Assembly (NCBI GenBank): GCA_000708835.1
Contig: DF236977.1
Span: forward strand, 248,001-312,000
DNA length: 64,000 bases
Direction: 5' to 3'
From: Klebsormidium nitens
Lineage: Eukaryota; Plantae; Klebsormidiophyceae
The notes under the pieces are model-generated. The model was not told where the DNA came from. It did no database searches and saw only the letters and a program-made list of their open reading frames with translations. Positions 49,160-62,760 of this stretch are shown piece after piece (the first letter of the stretch is position 1; the number at the start of each line of letters is the position of its first letter). A program made the translations under genes and the position numbers.

Positions 49160-51333
49160 GCCAACAATGGCATGATGGGGTCGAGTCCAAGCAAGTCCAA
49201 GGTGGAAAATTAGGGTTCTGCTCACTCATGAGTCTACCGTATGCCAGCGTGCATCATTGAATCGACCGCAATTTCCGGAGCGCGCCTACTGGCGACAATG
49301 GCTGCCAAAATCGCTCTTTTCAGCTGCCAAGCGCTCCCGCCACAGTGCATCACTTTCATAGCTTCAAAACGCCCTGAAGAGCCCTGCTCAAGGGCTTCAG
49401 AGTCACACTAGGTGCAAAAAGCCTAGCTCGCCCCTCGAGCATTACCCATTAGCAAAATGCTTTAATTTGACACAAAGAGCTCTGGTCGCTGACGGCATGG
49501 GCATAGCCAGCGGTCTGCGTTGCAGCACCGGCCAGACCAGCCGCATTGAAGGTGCCAGCTCAGCACATGCACCAATAAGGATTAAATTGCACGCTTACCC
49601 GCTGCAAGACGCTGAGCTAAGTTCCTTGCGTTATTTCTTGAGTCTGGATGATATTGCTCTTTGTTTTAGATCTCCAGTTCTTGTTTGCTTGTTTGCTCTG
49701 CATCCCCTGCTTCCAAATCGGTGCTACTACTTAATTCCCAGTGTCAGGGGACACGTTGGGTCTTTCCCCGGTGGGGATTCTGCAGGTTTCAGTGTTCGCT
49801 CCTAGACAGCCAGACTTGTGTGTATGCTTGCATAGGTTGAGGTTGTCACTCAGCCAGCTTCCTGTGAGACCAGCTGATTACGCGTAGGCTGTTGAGATGG
49901 TGTACACATTGCGTGGGAGCTTATTGAGAGAGCTAGCACACTTGCGGTCGTCCAGACAGTTGCACATTTGAGAGATCTCTTGGTGGTGTTGGCTTCTGTT
50001 GGTATTCCATGGCTACTTTGTTTAGCATAGAGATCAGGAGTGTTTGCTGTTCGGAGGACATCGTACAGTACAGGCGCTGTGTGGGAGATTTTCTGCCACC
50101 CTTGTCTCTGTCTGACTAGTGTCCTTGTTGCTGGTGCTGCTTGTGACCCTTTGAGTTGCGTCCAAGCTCACAAAGTCTCAAGCCTCCAACTTACAAGCAA
50201 AACTTGCCTTACACCAACTTACAACTTATTGGCGTACACCAAGCTTGCCTTGTCACAACTACTTATCAAGCCTGCCTATTGCATTGCACCCAATCTTGGC
50301 ACTTTGGAAGTAAACGCCAGTTTGTCTAGCGTGTCTCACGGGATTGGTGTCCTACATGAGGATTAGAGCTGATCGTTAGATTGCATTGTTTGTGACGTAT
50401 TGGTAGCTTTGAGTGTGACTAGCAGCTTTGATACTGCCGAGGGGAGGCACAGTCTAGAGATTGTGTCCAGAGTATATGCACAAAATTGATACCGCATCGC
50501 AACAAATACTAATACTTATTAAGCTTTCCAACTTATCAGCTCTACAAGCCTACATGTCAGCTTACCAACGTACCGGAATGTGCTGCCAACTTGCTTGCAA
50601 CGACAGGCTTCATCAATCTGGATTTCAACTATTATTGTACTTCAATCACTCAATTTCTACTTGGTACAACTTCAACTTGGCAGCATGGCTCAAAAAGCGT
50701 GCGTATGATGCATCAAAAACCAGCAACAAGTTATACCACGTTCTTCAACCAAGAAAAGATCCATGATATCAACAAGCCGCCTGACATTGTTTATCAGGAC
50801 ACAACTTAATTGGCCACAACTTTACAAATCTAACACAATTGAAGATTGCCAGCATGTTTCTGGCATGACGAATCCCAGTTATGATCGAACTAAGACATGC
50901 TACGATGAGGTTGACTTGTTGCAATGATCTATCTACAGCCGCATGGTTTTCCAATATCCCGAAGCGAGAGGCTAGCGCTTCTGCTGTCGGATCGATGCTG
51001 CTCAGGTCAACTTTTGCGTAGATCATCATTCAAGTGCAAACCCTTTGGAGTTGTCCACAACTACTTAGGCCCCTTCTGTGCGAGGTGCCATCTTTTGATG
51101 CCACTGCTAGGGGTACTAGCAAGGACGTGTGACCGAGTGACGACGCTTCTTCGACAACCGGCCAGACCCGACGTCCGAGGACTCTCGCAGAAGCACAGCT
51201 TTCGATAGGTCCACATGTGAATTAGCTCTTGTCTTATAGATAACATATAAGATAAGAATAATGTTCATCGTTGGGCCTTCATGAGCTTTGCGGTAGATTA
51301 CCGTAGTGCAAATGCAGCCGACGTTGCTAGGGT

Positions 51334-51499
51334 NNNNNNNNNNNNNNNNNNNNNNNNNNNNNNNNNNNNNNNNNNNNNNNNNNNNNNNNNNNNNNNNNNN
51401 NNNNNNNNNNNNNNNNNNNNNNNNNNNNNNNNNNNNNNNNNNNNNNNNNNNNNNNNNNNNNNNNNNNNNNNNNNNNNNNNNNNNNNNNNNNNNNNNNNN
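51334..51499. other. Assembly gap (166 N) flanked by an identical 42-bp direct repeat
   Basis: ggtagattaccgtagtgcaaatgcagccgacgttgctagggt at 51292-51333 and again at 51500-51541. Confidence 0.97.
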
Positions 51500-52179
51500 G
51501 GTAGATTACCGTAGTGCAAATGCAGCCGACGTTGCTAGGGTTTACGGATGTCAGAAGTTTCGAACTTGGACTACGCCATGCCCTTGTACCCGCACACCGC
51601 CCCATGCCTTTGATACGCACGGGCTTTAAGAGAAGTATCCATAAAACTTGGTACCCCTGTTGTCCCTTCTACCGGTCATAGGCTCAGTGCTACTTTCAGT
51701 GCGCAGCGCTTTGGTTGGAGTTGCAGAGAAGAGGGCGGTTGTCAGCTACCGGTAACAGAAACGGTAGGTACTTACACGTTGGGATGTTCGAACGGGCACT
51801 TCAGATCGTACGTCCTGCAAGAGGCTATAGGTAGGACGCGATGATACATTGATAGACCTGAACATTCTGCTGCGCTTGCCTTCAACATTTCAAATGCGAA
51901 TGCCAATGCCAATGGCATTGGGTTTGGCAGCTTTGTTGCATGTTCCTTGTTCCTCCCACCCTTCTTTTGTAGCTTCACATTTCTCAGGTTTTCTCTGCTC
52001 CTGAGCCTCTTCTTATGTCTTCCTCTTGATTTCAGCGCTCTCGCACCCTGCGCGAGTGCCCGCAGGATTGGTAACCCATAAGTTGCGCTCTGCCCCATCT
52101 CAAACAAGGGGCATGTCAGCTGCATACCTGGAGCACTGACATTATCTGCCAGAACCAGTCCCAGGCACGCGTAATCCTC

Positions 52180-55100
52180 ATGGCTGCGGCTGCGCAGCTG
52201 CCGCAGTTGCGCTTGTATTCTGTAGGCAACGTGCAAAGGAGCAGAAGCAAGGTGCACGCCCAAGCAGAGCTGACACCGCGACCCTGCAAGCAATGCTGTT
52301 GGGCAAGCAGACAGTCTTTGTTCCTAAGTGGTGCCACCGGCGGGCTGAGACTGACCCCCGCGCCGATACAGACCCCGAAGCCTGCCACTAACAAGGGGCA
52401 ATGCAGAGCGCTTGCAGACACAAATGCAGTTGCGGGGGCGCTTGCTGGGTGGGTGCAGGCTCCTTTGTACAAAATTGCTCTCTGCTGATTTTACATGTGC
52501 AAAACTTAAGTGGAACTGCAAGACAATAGCTGCGCATTCACAGCATTGCAGTCGAGGCCGGTGCCCTTTCTGGAACCTGCACACTGCTATCATCTTCATG
52601 CCCAGTCCGATCATGAAGATCAAAAAACACAGGGCGTTGCTTTTCAGTCCCCCTCCCCCCTTGCAATGTTGCGCAGTTTATCCTCCATGGCCCCCTTGGC
52701 ATTCATTGAAGGCGAGCACTTGGCGCGGGGGGCAGTGGCTGCCAGCGTGAGTGCCTGGTACCTGACCGCCAAGCCGGGGGCCCTGCAGGGACTGCTGGAC
52801 ATTGTGGCAGCACCAGCCTCAGAGCGGCTCTTCAAGTAAGGCACCCGCCACAGAGATCTCATCATCTCCAGAAACGGTGCACCAAGCTTCATACATCTCT
52901 TAATATGTACTCCTAGAAGGGGCTACCAGCCTAGTTGACCTTTTCACCATACTCAAGAATGCTGCATCGCCGCATTACCCCCTTCTTCTGTCCTCTTGTT
53001 TGTCTGCATCATGTTTTGGCTGGTGTATTGGCTCACGGCAGCGCTGCCGTGTGCTGCAGGTCATTTGAGCCCACTGCCGTGCGAGTGGGCAAGCAGCTGG
53101 GGGAGGGCAGCTTTGGCGTGGTCTACAAGGGGTGAGCCACACAAGCATGCCAACGGCAGGCGTCCCGCTGTGCAATGGCAGTCACTCGCTTGGATAATGC
53201 CCCATCTCCTCTCAGACTGTTCCGCAGTTTACCAGAATGACCTGTCCAGTACTGCAGTTGGAATAAGAGCACATTAGCCCCGACCCCCATTGAGTACGGT
53301 CCTGTTCCAGAAGTGCAAGCCTGCTTTTGGTAAGCCTCAACAGGTTCCAGTAGATAGTTCCTCAGCATTGCCCAGCTGTACGAAAGCGACAGCAGCTTCT
53401 GAACCAAAGTGGCTATTCTTGGTCCGAGCGGGCGAAGCCCATGTGTCTAGACCCCCCTCAGTGTCTGTGTCACACTGACTATCCTGGACATTGGCGGCTG
53501 GTCTATGATGACCTGTAATATCCACGGGAGAACCTGAATCGTCAGGCTTTGTGGCCACTAATACAACCAGTGATAGTGTTGCCCTGGTGCATGAAGGTAT
53601 GTCCCACAGGGGGTCTTAGATCCCCATTGACTGACATGCTTCACATGGTTGGAGACAAGGTCCTGTATTTGAGGATCTTGTTTGGCCCCGTTCAGGTTCA
53701 TCAAGGACCCGACCATCCGAGGTGACGGCCCAGGTGTGCCGGTGGTGCTGAAGAAGGTGAAGGCCAAGGTCTCGGGCGCAGAAGAAATGCGCGCATCAGA
53801 GCTCTACTTCAACCAGCGCCTGCAGCGCACCGCCCCCGGCAGCTGCGCTGAGTTCCTAGGGACCATCAACGTGGAGAAGAGCACACAGAAGAGGCGCCTC
53901 AGCTCCAAGCTCAGCGAGGTCAGCACCCAGGGACAGGCTGACTACGAATCCCCGAAACAGGCTGATTTCTCTGGTCCCTACAGCAGTGTACGACTCCACT
54001 TCGGTTCCCTGGGAAAGTCTGTTCTGAGCAACTGCGTGCGTGCGTCAGCCTGAGCCACTATTTCTCCTGACTTCCCCAGGGCCTGTGGCTGGTGTGGCGG
54101 TATCAAGGGGCGTCCTCGCTAGAGTGGTTCTTGCGGCGGCGTGACGCATTGCCACTGCTGGCGGGGGCTGTGTTGGGTGACAGTGCGATGCAGGTGCGGA
54201 ACAGCCCCGAGGACCTGCTGCAGCGCGACTGCGCCGTGGTGCAGGCCGTGATGCGCAACCTGCTGGACAGCCTGCAAGCCATTCATGCCACAGGTGGGGC
54301 CCAACTATCCCTTTCACAAGAAATGCAGTGGGCAGACACGGCTCCGAGGAGGCTGCAGTGGTGTGCTTGAGAATGCTCTAACTTAGATCAGCATCAGTAT
54401 GGTGGGCCTGGTTCGAAAGATAAGGGCGACAGAAATTGGTTCCATCAAGTGCTGACAAAAGTGTGTCATCAGATTGTGCACACTTTGCGGCTTGGTTGCA
54501 GTCTTAATCGCAGGAATCACGCATTTGGGCATGAGGATGTCACACGAGGCGTTTGGGATTCAATAACGTTTCTCGTCTCCAATCTGATTCGGATTGTTGA
54601 CTGCGTTTAGGCGTGGTGCACCGCGACGTGAAGCCCCTGAACCTGGTGCTGGACGAGGAGATGCGCAGCTTCAAGCTCATCGACCTGGGCGCCTGCGTGG
54701 ACCTGCGCTCGGGATACAACTTCGTAAGTTCCGCCCCGACACTGTCCCTTTTCGTTTCCACAAGATGGTGGATATCAAAGCGTTCAACCATATGTCTACT
54801 TTGTCCCAGTTCTAAGTTGTGCTTTCACTCCGGCTCCATCCAGCGGTGTTACTCTGCACCTTGTGAATGCACAGCTGGAAAAGCTATCGTAAGTAGCTGA
54901 CGTGACTTCTCTCCGGTAACTGCGTGCAGGTTCCGGACGAGACGATCATGGACCCGGTGTACTGCGCCCCCGAGCAGTACGTGTTGCCCATCAGCATGCC
55001 GGACGCGCCGCCCGGCCCGCTCATGTCGCTGCTGGCCCCGCTGCTGTTCCTGGCACACGCCCCCGACAAGTTCGACCTCTTCTCAGCGGGGCTCGTGCTC

Positions 55101-58100
55101 GTGCAGCTGGCGGTGCCCTCCCTCCGCTCCGACAGGAACCTGGTGAGCCACCCCGGCCGGCCGCTGTGGACAAGCTGGGGCATTGCTTCCGTACAGAGGT
55201 TGACTCTGGGATTGGCAGACCCTGGAGCTCGGCCGCTTTTGTCCCCCCTTCGCCTTCGGATGCCGGCCTGGTCGTCATGCCTTCTCGTGATCGCTCAGTG
55301 GTGTGTCATTCCTGTGCTGCGGCAGCTGTGTGGCGGCAAAGGGCGGCTCTGGGTTTTCCACGGGGCCTGCCCGTCGGCTGAGCTGGCTGCTTTGCTTTGC
55401 GTGCAGGCCCTGTTCAATGAGCAGCTGGCCGACACCGGGTTCGACCTGGACCTCTGGCGCGCTTCCAGCCTCACCTTCCCCGAGGCAGAGCTCCAGATCC
55501 TTGATGCCAACGGTGAGCACAACACGCTGCTCGCAGCATGTGCAGATATCCATCGAGCTCTGCACCAGACCCTAAGATGCAACCGCAAAGGGTTTCCGTT
55601 TTTCAAGAGTCAGAGTGGTGAAGTATGGAAAGTAGACTTACTCGGATGCGTCTGGTACCGCAAGTACAACAGAGAACTTCGTTGCTGGGCTTCGGAACTT
55701 ATGAGTCCCTTCAGGAAAGCCTCGATCCATCTCAAAGCGCAGCCTGAGTTTGAGTCTCTCTTTTCGGTCTTATTTCCGAAGGGAGACGCCCTGGGGAAGA
55801 ACACCGAGTGTTTGGCGTAAGTGCAGTAGTCGCCGCGCGTTAATGCCGGGCTGAAAAGCCCCGTGGGCCGGTTCTTGAGGATCTCTTTCTGAAAACACCG
55901 CCACCTTCACCCCTCGCCGCCTCCTTTCTCCAGACGGCGCGGCGTGGGACCTGGCTCGCCTGCTGCTGCAGCCGCGCGAGGGCCTGCGGTGCCGGCGGCC
56001 CACAGCAGAGGCGGCGCTGGGCCACCGCTTCCTGACTGCGTCCCTGCAGTGGCAGACGGAGAAGCGGTCCGGCTCCGCCAAGGGCCGCAGCAAGAGCATG
56101 CGCAGGGCGGGCAAGAGCAACACGCGGGAGCTCGAGCCGGCATTCGCGCCCACAGGGGCCTTCCGCTTTGCGCTGCCGTTTGGGATCGGGAGCGACGCGG
56201 AAGAAGAGTCCGAGCCTGAGGAGGAGGAGGCCCCCAGGCGGCGCCGGCCGCTCATCCCGTTCTTTGGCCGGCTGCGGAACGACGCGGGTGACGAGGCGCA
56301 GGAGGTGGAGAACGGCGGGGCCAGCTTCGACCGCAAGGTCAAGCTCAAGGCGGCGCCGCAGGGGGCGCAGTCCGCAGTCACGTGGAGCGCCCTCCTGCCG
56401 CTGGGCCGTCGCTTGGGCGCATCCGCGGAGCCGCAGCCGGCAACCGCTGCAGCCGAGACCGGCTCGGACCGTCTCCTGGGGCTCCGGCGCCTCGTGGGGC
56501 TGGACTCGCCGTCAACAGGGGTTCCGGTCGTGCAGATCCAGAAGAACGAGGGCGAGGAGTTCCCGCACGTGGCCGCACTGGCCGCGCTGCTGGGGCAGAC
56601 GGCCCTGGCCGGGCCCGCGGCAGCAGCAGGGGAAGGGCTCGCACCGTGGCGGGACACGCAGGAGCTGGTGGACCTGGGGCGCGCGTCCGCACAGGGACTG
56701 GCCAGCAACGCGGGGCCAATGGCAGCCGCCGGGGGCGTTCTTGCGGGCGTGGGCTGGCTGGTGAGTGGGAAGAGCCCTGCGCGAACGTCTGGCCTCATGG
56801 ACCGGCGGCATTTTGTGAACTGCATGTCTGTGGTTGACTCAGACTGGGCTTCGAGCTCCGCCTTCTCCCCGGCTGCTGACCGCGCTGCCCGGCCGCCCGT
56901 GCTCGTGCAGGGGCTGACGTTCGTGAACAGCAGCGTGGAGAGCGGCATCTGGAGCGTCTCGGACCTGGCCGACGCGCTAGGCGCGGCCGGCCTGCTGGGG
57001 GTCGTCTACCGCTATGTCCTCAAGTGAGACCCCCGAGCCGACGGCCCTGGCAGCAAACCAAGATCTCCGTTTTTGTGCTAGTGAAGTTTTTAAGGAGGAT
57101 CTTGATTCGGGCTTTCTATCTTACGGGCGACTTCGGACTGGCGTATCCCTGTCTTAGCTGGCGCCTAGCGATGGTACCCTCGAGTAGCGCGTTCTGCTTC
57201 CATTCAAAAGATTTACGATCAACCTGGCGGCCGCTAGTTCTGCATCTTCTCCAGAAGCAGACGCAGGATCTCTTCTGTCTCGGATCACAGCAGCCCGTGC
57301 AACGACCTCTACATGGCTATCTTCCCTGCAACTCAGGTTCGTTTTTGGCCGTATCACCCCTGTGGATGCGTCCATGCTTATACTCCCTGACTCGCTCTCA
57401 CCCCCTGCCCCTGTCGCTCTCCCGCAGGCCGGGCCTGACCGCCTCCCCCGTGGCCCTTCGGCCGGCCGTTCCTGCGGCTCCTCCCTCTCCCGCGCAGCCG
57501 TCGCTGCCGCTGTACGCGCGCATGCAGAAGAAGGTGGGCAGCATCCTGGAGCGGGCGGGGCTGAACCGCGCGGGCGGCATGACGCTGAGCTACACCAAGT
57601 GGCTCGTCAAGCAGGCCAAGCAGGGCGGCGGCAACAAGAAGGGCGGCCAGAGCTCGCGAGGTACGGGAGCACACATTAAAGGGTTGCGGGCGAAATCCCT
57701 GCTAAGTTGCGACACGGTTGAGCGCCTCTACATCTTGCAGCTCTCGGTGCTGTCGAACAGCGTCCTGTGCTGGGGTCGAAATTCCACATTTCTGCCCCGT
57801 CTTGGCTTGCCCCCGCCCGTTGCTTAGTCTCTGGTGCTGACAACCGTCGGGGCACTGCAATCCCCACTGGTGTTGCTTTCAAGAATGCACCGGCTCTAGG
57901 GCGGGCTCGCTTCTCCTTCAGTCTGTTATCGGCAACTTTGCTGTGCGCAGGGTTGGTGCGGTCGTTGCGGGAGATGGAGCAGCAGCTGGCCAACCTGGAG
58001 GCGGCAGCACGCGACGGGCAGGAGTTCGACCCGCGGCAGAAGGAGCTGCTCGCGCGTGTGGAGGCGCTGCTGCAGGAGACGGCCGGGCAGGGCAGGCAGG

Positions 58101-58111
58101 GCGGCCGGTGA
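52180..58111 (+). CDS. STN7/STN8-family plastid Ser/Thr protein kinase with a long C-terminal extension, ~900 aa
   Basis: Exons: 52180-52448, 52677-52835, 53060-53131, 53696-53918, 54080-54293, 54611-54723, 54930-55142, 55407-55512, 55934-56760, 56911-57023, 57428-57660, 57951-58111 (2703 nt, in frame). Transit peptide; hydrophobic AWYLTAKPGALQGLLD; VGKQLGEGSFGVVYKG; VVLKK; LWLVWRYQG; HRDVKPLN; KLIDLGACVDLRSGYNF; YCAPEQY; PDKFDLFSAG; AWDLARLLL. Confidence 0.88.
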
Positions 58112-59475
58112 CACGCGGGGCGAGCGGGGGACCGTGTACAGCCGGAAGAAACACGGGGAGGGACGGCCAGCACCAAGGCCACCACCCTAGCAGGAAATGA
58201 TTTGGAAACATGGTTCGTAGCTGCGCAGCAATGGTAGGTGTACATGTGCAGAAGTTAGCAGAGCATTAGGGTAGCGCACTAGGGATAGGGCTTGCTTTTG
58301 TCAGCTATCAGCGTAAAGGACTGCGTGTTGCTGGACTGCGTGCCTAAAAATAGGCAATGTGCTGCTGGGGGCTCGAGTGCCGATGCATGAAGACGAGCTC
58401 TCCTAGAGTCGCTGAATAAATCTCACCGACTAGCTGGTGGGACAATCGTCAAGCAAAGATTAGAGAGAGGTAAGAGGAAGGCGAATGGTAGACCTTCGTA
58501 TTGGTGCACATTGGAGTCTAGGTCGTACGAAGTGATGCAGATACATCTGTTCATATAGTTTCGGTTTAAGTCGAATTGTGAATGTACGCTTTCAGAAGGA
58601 GGTAGACTCGATCAGTGGCCGGCCATTCGCGTGAACAAGATATGCGGCCGACTGGCAGGGCCGCGCTGCATGGCACAGCCGATCCTCCTAAATCAGACCG
58701 GCTCTTCACGAAAGTGGATGTACGTCAGGAAAATTTCACAAAACGTGCAAAATGTGCAATTTACCATACAGTACGAACTTACAAGGACATTGAACTACTG
58801 GTTGGAGTACATCATCCTGCAGGATGATGCATACTGACGTTGATGTGTTAACGTGTGTTGTTGATGTGTGCTGACGTTCATGTGTGACGATCCCATGCCC
58901 CGCCGCCAATTTCGCTCCAGGACTTTTCATGTTTTCGCGATCATGCATGCATAGACGATTGAGAGTACGAGCCATGGGCCAGCTATAGGCTTTCTCTACA
59001 TGAGTGTAGGTCAAGCTGCCGAGCGTCATATGGTGCGTACCATGCAGTGCTTTATGATTCTATGTGTGTGTGTATGCATTACGATCTGGCAGCTGACGAC
59101 TATTACGGAATAGGTTTGCGCATTGCAATCTGCCAAACTTTGCGGTCGCTTGGATTGCACGCGCACTGATTCCGAGAGGCATACGAGGCCGGCTGCGCTG
59201 GTCAGCCGGCTTTGCAACAGAAAGATCGTCTCGAGATTGCATGCTTGTTAGTGGTGAGTGACCAAGCTGCATCACAATGCATGCAGGCTAGTTTCACGTA
59301 TAATTGTCTTTATTTTATTGCACCACAACGCTATCTCGTCAGTCCACGTGAGCTGTGCACCTGATCGCGAGGTTTGCCAGGCTTTACAACCTAAACTCTC
59401 TAAGTATTTTTGTCGCGCGCGCTTCCTCAATCGCCCCAAAAATTCCATGGCCGCGGCTGTCGCCCCCGCGAATGA

Positions 59476-62400
59476 TCACCGCGCGGCGGTGAGGTACGCC
59501 CCGTCCACGGTGTACTCGGCGCCCATGACGAAGGCGGCGTCGTCGCTGGCCAGGAAGGCGATGACGTTGGCCACCTCCTCGGGGCGGCCCAGGCGGCCCG
59601 TCGGCTGCTTCTCGATGATGCTGGCGAGCACCTCCTCCGGGTTGGGCCGCTGGTGCACCGCGTCGTCCAGGCCCGCCGTGTGGATCACCCCGGGCACCAC
59701 CGCGTTCACCCGGATGTTGTCCTTCAGCAAACTCACCGACGCGCCGCGCGTCAGCGACGACACGCCGCCCTTGGCCGCGTGGTAGGCGGCGAAGCCGGCG
59801 GAGCCGACGTGAGCGTACGCGGAGCTGCGACGAGAAGAACGAATCTGTCAGCGACTACGAAGGACAGAAAGGGATCCGTTCTCGACTTGGACACAGCGAT
59901 TGCCAGAAAGCTGGGTCCCCATATGCTTAAGTGGCCACATGAAAGGGCATTTGTCTACACGATTCTTCGTCTAACTTGACATTTCGTCACAGTCGATTCA
60001 GAAGGGCAACGTAAGTGTGAGAGTCCGTTCCACTGTTGCAAGCTTGGCCAAGAAGCGGCAAAAGGCCGACCACGGGAAGTATGATGAAAGCAGTACGGGT
60101 TTCCTCCCGTTCTCACCTGGTGTTGACGATGGCGCCGCCCCCCCGCTTCTTCATGTACGGCACCGCCAGCTTGATCCCCCGGAAGACGGACACCAGGTTG
60201 ATGTCCAGCATCTTCCAAAACTCCTCCTCCGACGTGTCGACCACCGACTTTATACTCTGCGGGACGAAGCAAGACCGGGTAAGAGGTGGTGGATAGAAGA
60301 GCCTCGAAAGGGAGGCAAACGACTCAGCCTGAGCTAGGACTCTTCGTGGGCAACGGTGGCGCATTGTCGTCCCGAAATACTATTCTTTGCAACGAGTCCT
60401 GGCTGGACGGGCTTTCCAGATCGGTGCACGAAGCTCCGCCCCTTTTGAAGCTCTCAAACTGAACGCAGCTTTTAGCAGCGGGGACGTCCCTGCACAAGTG
60501 CCGCCAGCGTTCGGCCGTCGACCTTGTTTCGCAGGCACCAACCTTTGTAAGAGCTTCCATTGTACACGCAAGCGGTACCATATGTAAATGTAGGTTTCGT
60601 ACTTGCAGCCATCTTGCAATCCTTGCAGATTTCCTGAAGCGCCGCGATCTTGGCCGAAGGCATTGTTTCAAGGCCATTTGGACGCCTCGGTCACAATCGG
60701 GCTTCCACCTTATCATAAAGACGAGGCGTCTATACAAACATAATCATCTTGCGGGAGCCTGGGACAACCAGTGGCGGAGCACTCACCCTCATGCCCGCAT
60801 TGTTGCACATGATGTCCACGCCCCCAAAGGTCTTCTCTGCTGCTGCCAAAGCCGCTTCAATGTCGTCCATCTTGGAGACATCACACCTGCCGAAGGAACA
60901 GAATGAGAGAGATATCGGGCTTGCTCAAGTGATTCTACAAATCTTCGCTGGCCGTCTGACAATGTCAAGGGCATACCGTTTCCAAGGGAGTTCAATTACA
61001 CAACCTTCCGATGGGTAGCCGAGTGGGGCCAAACTTTGACCTTGACTTTCCAACTCTTCAATCAATCGGCGGAGTTGCGCCTGCAAGGTCAAAGCCGTTA
61101 TGGATGATAGGATCTGCGGTCTTTTGAGTGTTCAAGTACGGGTGCGTGGCTTACACAAGGACAGCCACTCGAAGTCCCAACAACGACTGGACATTTGGTT
61201 AGTGCTCATCTCAAAGAGAAGTTGCAGAACAAGACTGCAATTGTCGTCCAGGTTGATATTGAGAGTCATCGATGAGCTCGGACAAGTGCACGTGACTAAA
61301 TGTGTTTTGGATGCCAGTTCCCGGCGATTCTACAACCGTCATAAACGTGCAAGAAGAGCGGGCCCAGCACATTCCGTTTGCAGCAAAACCAGCTGGTTTC
61401 TGCCCAGCTACAATGACTGCACTTGCTTCCCGTCCCTTCGATCACACGCCCCACTGGGCATCTGAGCCTGGACTGACCTGACGGCCAGTGCCACTTGGCT
61501 GCCCCCTGCGTTGAGCTCGTCGGCCAGCTTCTCAGCTGCAGACAGGTCGATATCCGCGATAACGACACTGGCCCCCTCCGCCACAAACTTGCGGCACGTC
61601 ATCTCACCGATGCCGCTTGCAGCTCCTGCACAACCGAGCAGATGTCATGAGCACGTCGCGAACAAGAGTAGATGCCCTGTGATAAGGAAGTCAGCTTGGT
61701 CGAGGTGGAGCCAAAATCTCTGTGGTGTGCATTCTGGCCATCAGAAACTACAGGATTGCATGGCAAGCAGATACCAGAACCCGTATCTCGGTGAGGGATT
61801 GTCTAAGGAGATCTTGCCAGCGGGAAACGGAGGGGCTGTTGGACGAAGTGTCCAAAGACCGAACCCGCTGCCGCTGGGGTCAGATGATGCGTGTCTCCTT
61901 GGACTCCATGGCATGGCACGCCCTTGACTGGCACAACAACTGACCTCCCACACTTGAAAACTCAGATGGTTGGGACTGTGCCTCGGAAGCTAGCCAAGAA
62001 CGATGTAAACCTTTGGGATAGAGAACTTCAGGAAAAGCTGGCAACATGCGTGTTTGGCAATACACATTGGCTGGTTCCACCCACTTCTCATCGCACTTCA
62101 CTGATATGGGAAGATCTGCTACAGTTGCTGGCGGTAAACACACCAGCTGATCTCCTATCCAATGATGAGCACTGGCGCCGACAGAAAGGTCCTATCATGA
62201 TCCAAGTTCACTGGGGGCTGCCAGTTGTGTGTCTGAGTCAAGCGGTGCTGAGTGTTGTTTGTTGCTAGATAGAGCGACAACGTTAAGATTCTGCAAGTAC
62301 ACCGTCCACAGTGTGGATCATGGTTCTCCGCTCGAAGCGCCACCAGCTAACCGCATTCTGTGCTAATGACCAGGACGTGGTTGAAGCAAACATGCTGAAC

Positions 62401-62760
62401 AGTCCACAAGCCCTCCACATCAATGAAGATTTGGGACAACAGGGCTGGATCTAAACAAGCTGGCCGCCTTTGCCTGTGGCAGCATTGCAATGCTTACAGC
62501 AGACGAACAGGGAGACTCGAGTGGCCCAGCCAGTAATCTCGGTAAGGACAGAGGTGAATATGCACACCGTGCTGCTCACGTATAGTGGTGTGTCAGCTTG
62601 TTTGCATGCTTCTTTACCCTGCCACTGCTGCTGTCAGAAAGAAGATGCAAGCATTGAGGGTCGGTTGGATCCGCTGCGTACAGCTGCTCCCTCGCTCACC
62701 TGTGACCACCCCAACTTTCCCTGCCAGCTTCCCTGGACGCTGAAAGTCAGACGCCGCCAT
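59476..62760 (-). CDS. Classical short-chain dehydrogenase/reductase, ~265 aa
   Basis: Exons 62760-62700, 61625-61478, 60886-60787, 60256-60117, 59824-59476 (798 nt, in frame). Motifs VVTG|AASGIG, IADID, CDVS, NNAG, INL, VNTSS, YHAAK, RVNAVVPG, GRLGRPEEVA, VDG. Confidence 0.94.

Noticed and set aside
50000-51250. Lower-GC region with short ORFs, a possible transposon remnant
   Set aside because: No transposase or RT motif, terminal repeat or target-site duplication could be identified.
51292-51541. Direct repeats separated by unknown sequence, superficially CRISPR-like
   Set aside because: Only two copies, the spacer is an N gap, the locus is eukaryotic, and no cas genes are present.
51536-51543. 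Telo-box-like tagggttt beside the gap
   Set aside because: A single 8-mer with no array; expected by chance.
51566-51604. Resemblance to the conserved 3' SSU rRNA motif (gactacg..gccc.ttgtac..cacaccgccc)
   Set aside because: The match needs two indels and neither flank resembles rRNA; most likely chance.
59476-62760. SDR as a tailoring partner of the FAAL enzyme (gene cluster)
   Set aside because: It is about 50 kb away and separated by unrelated housekeeping genes; nothing in the sequence links them.
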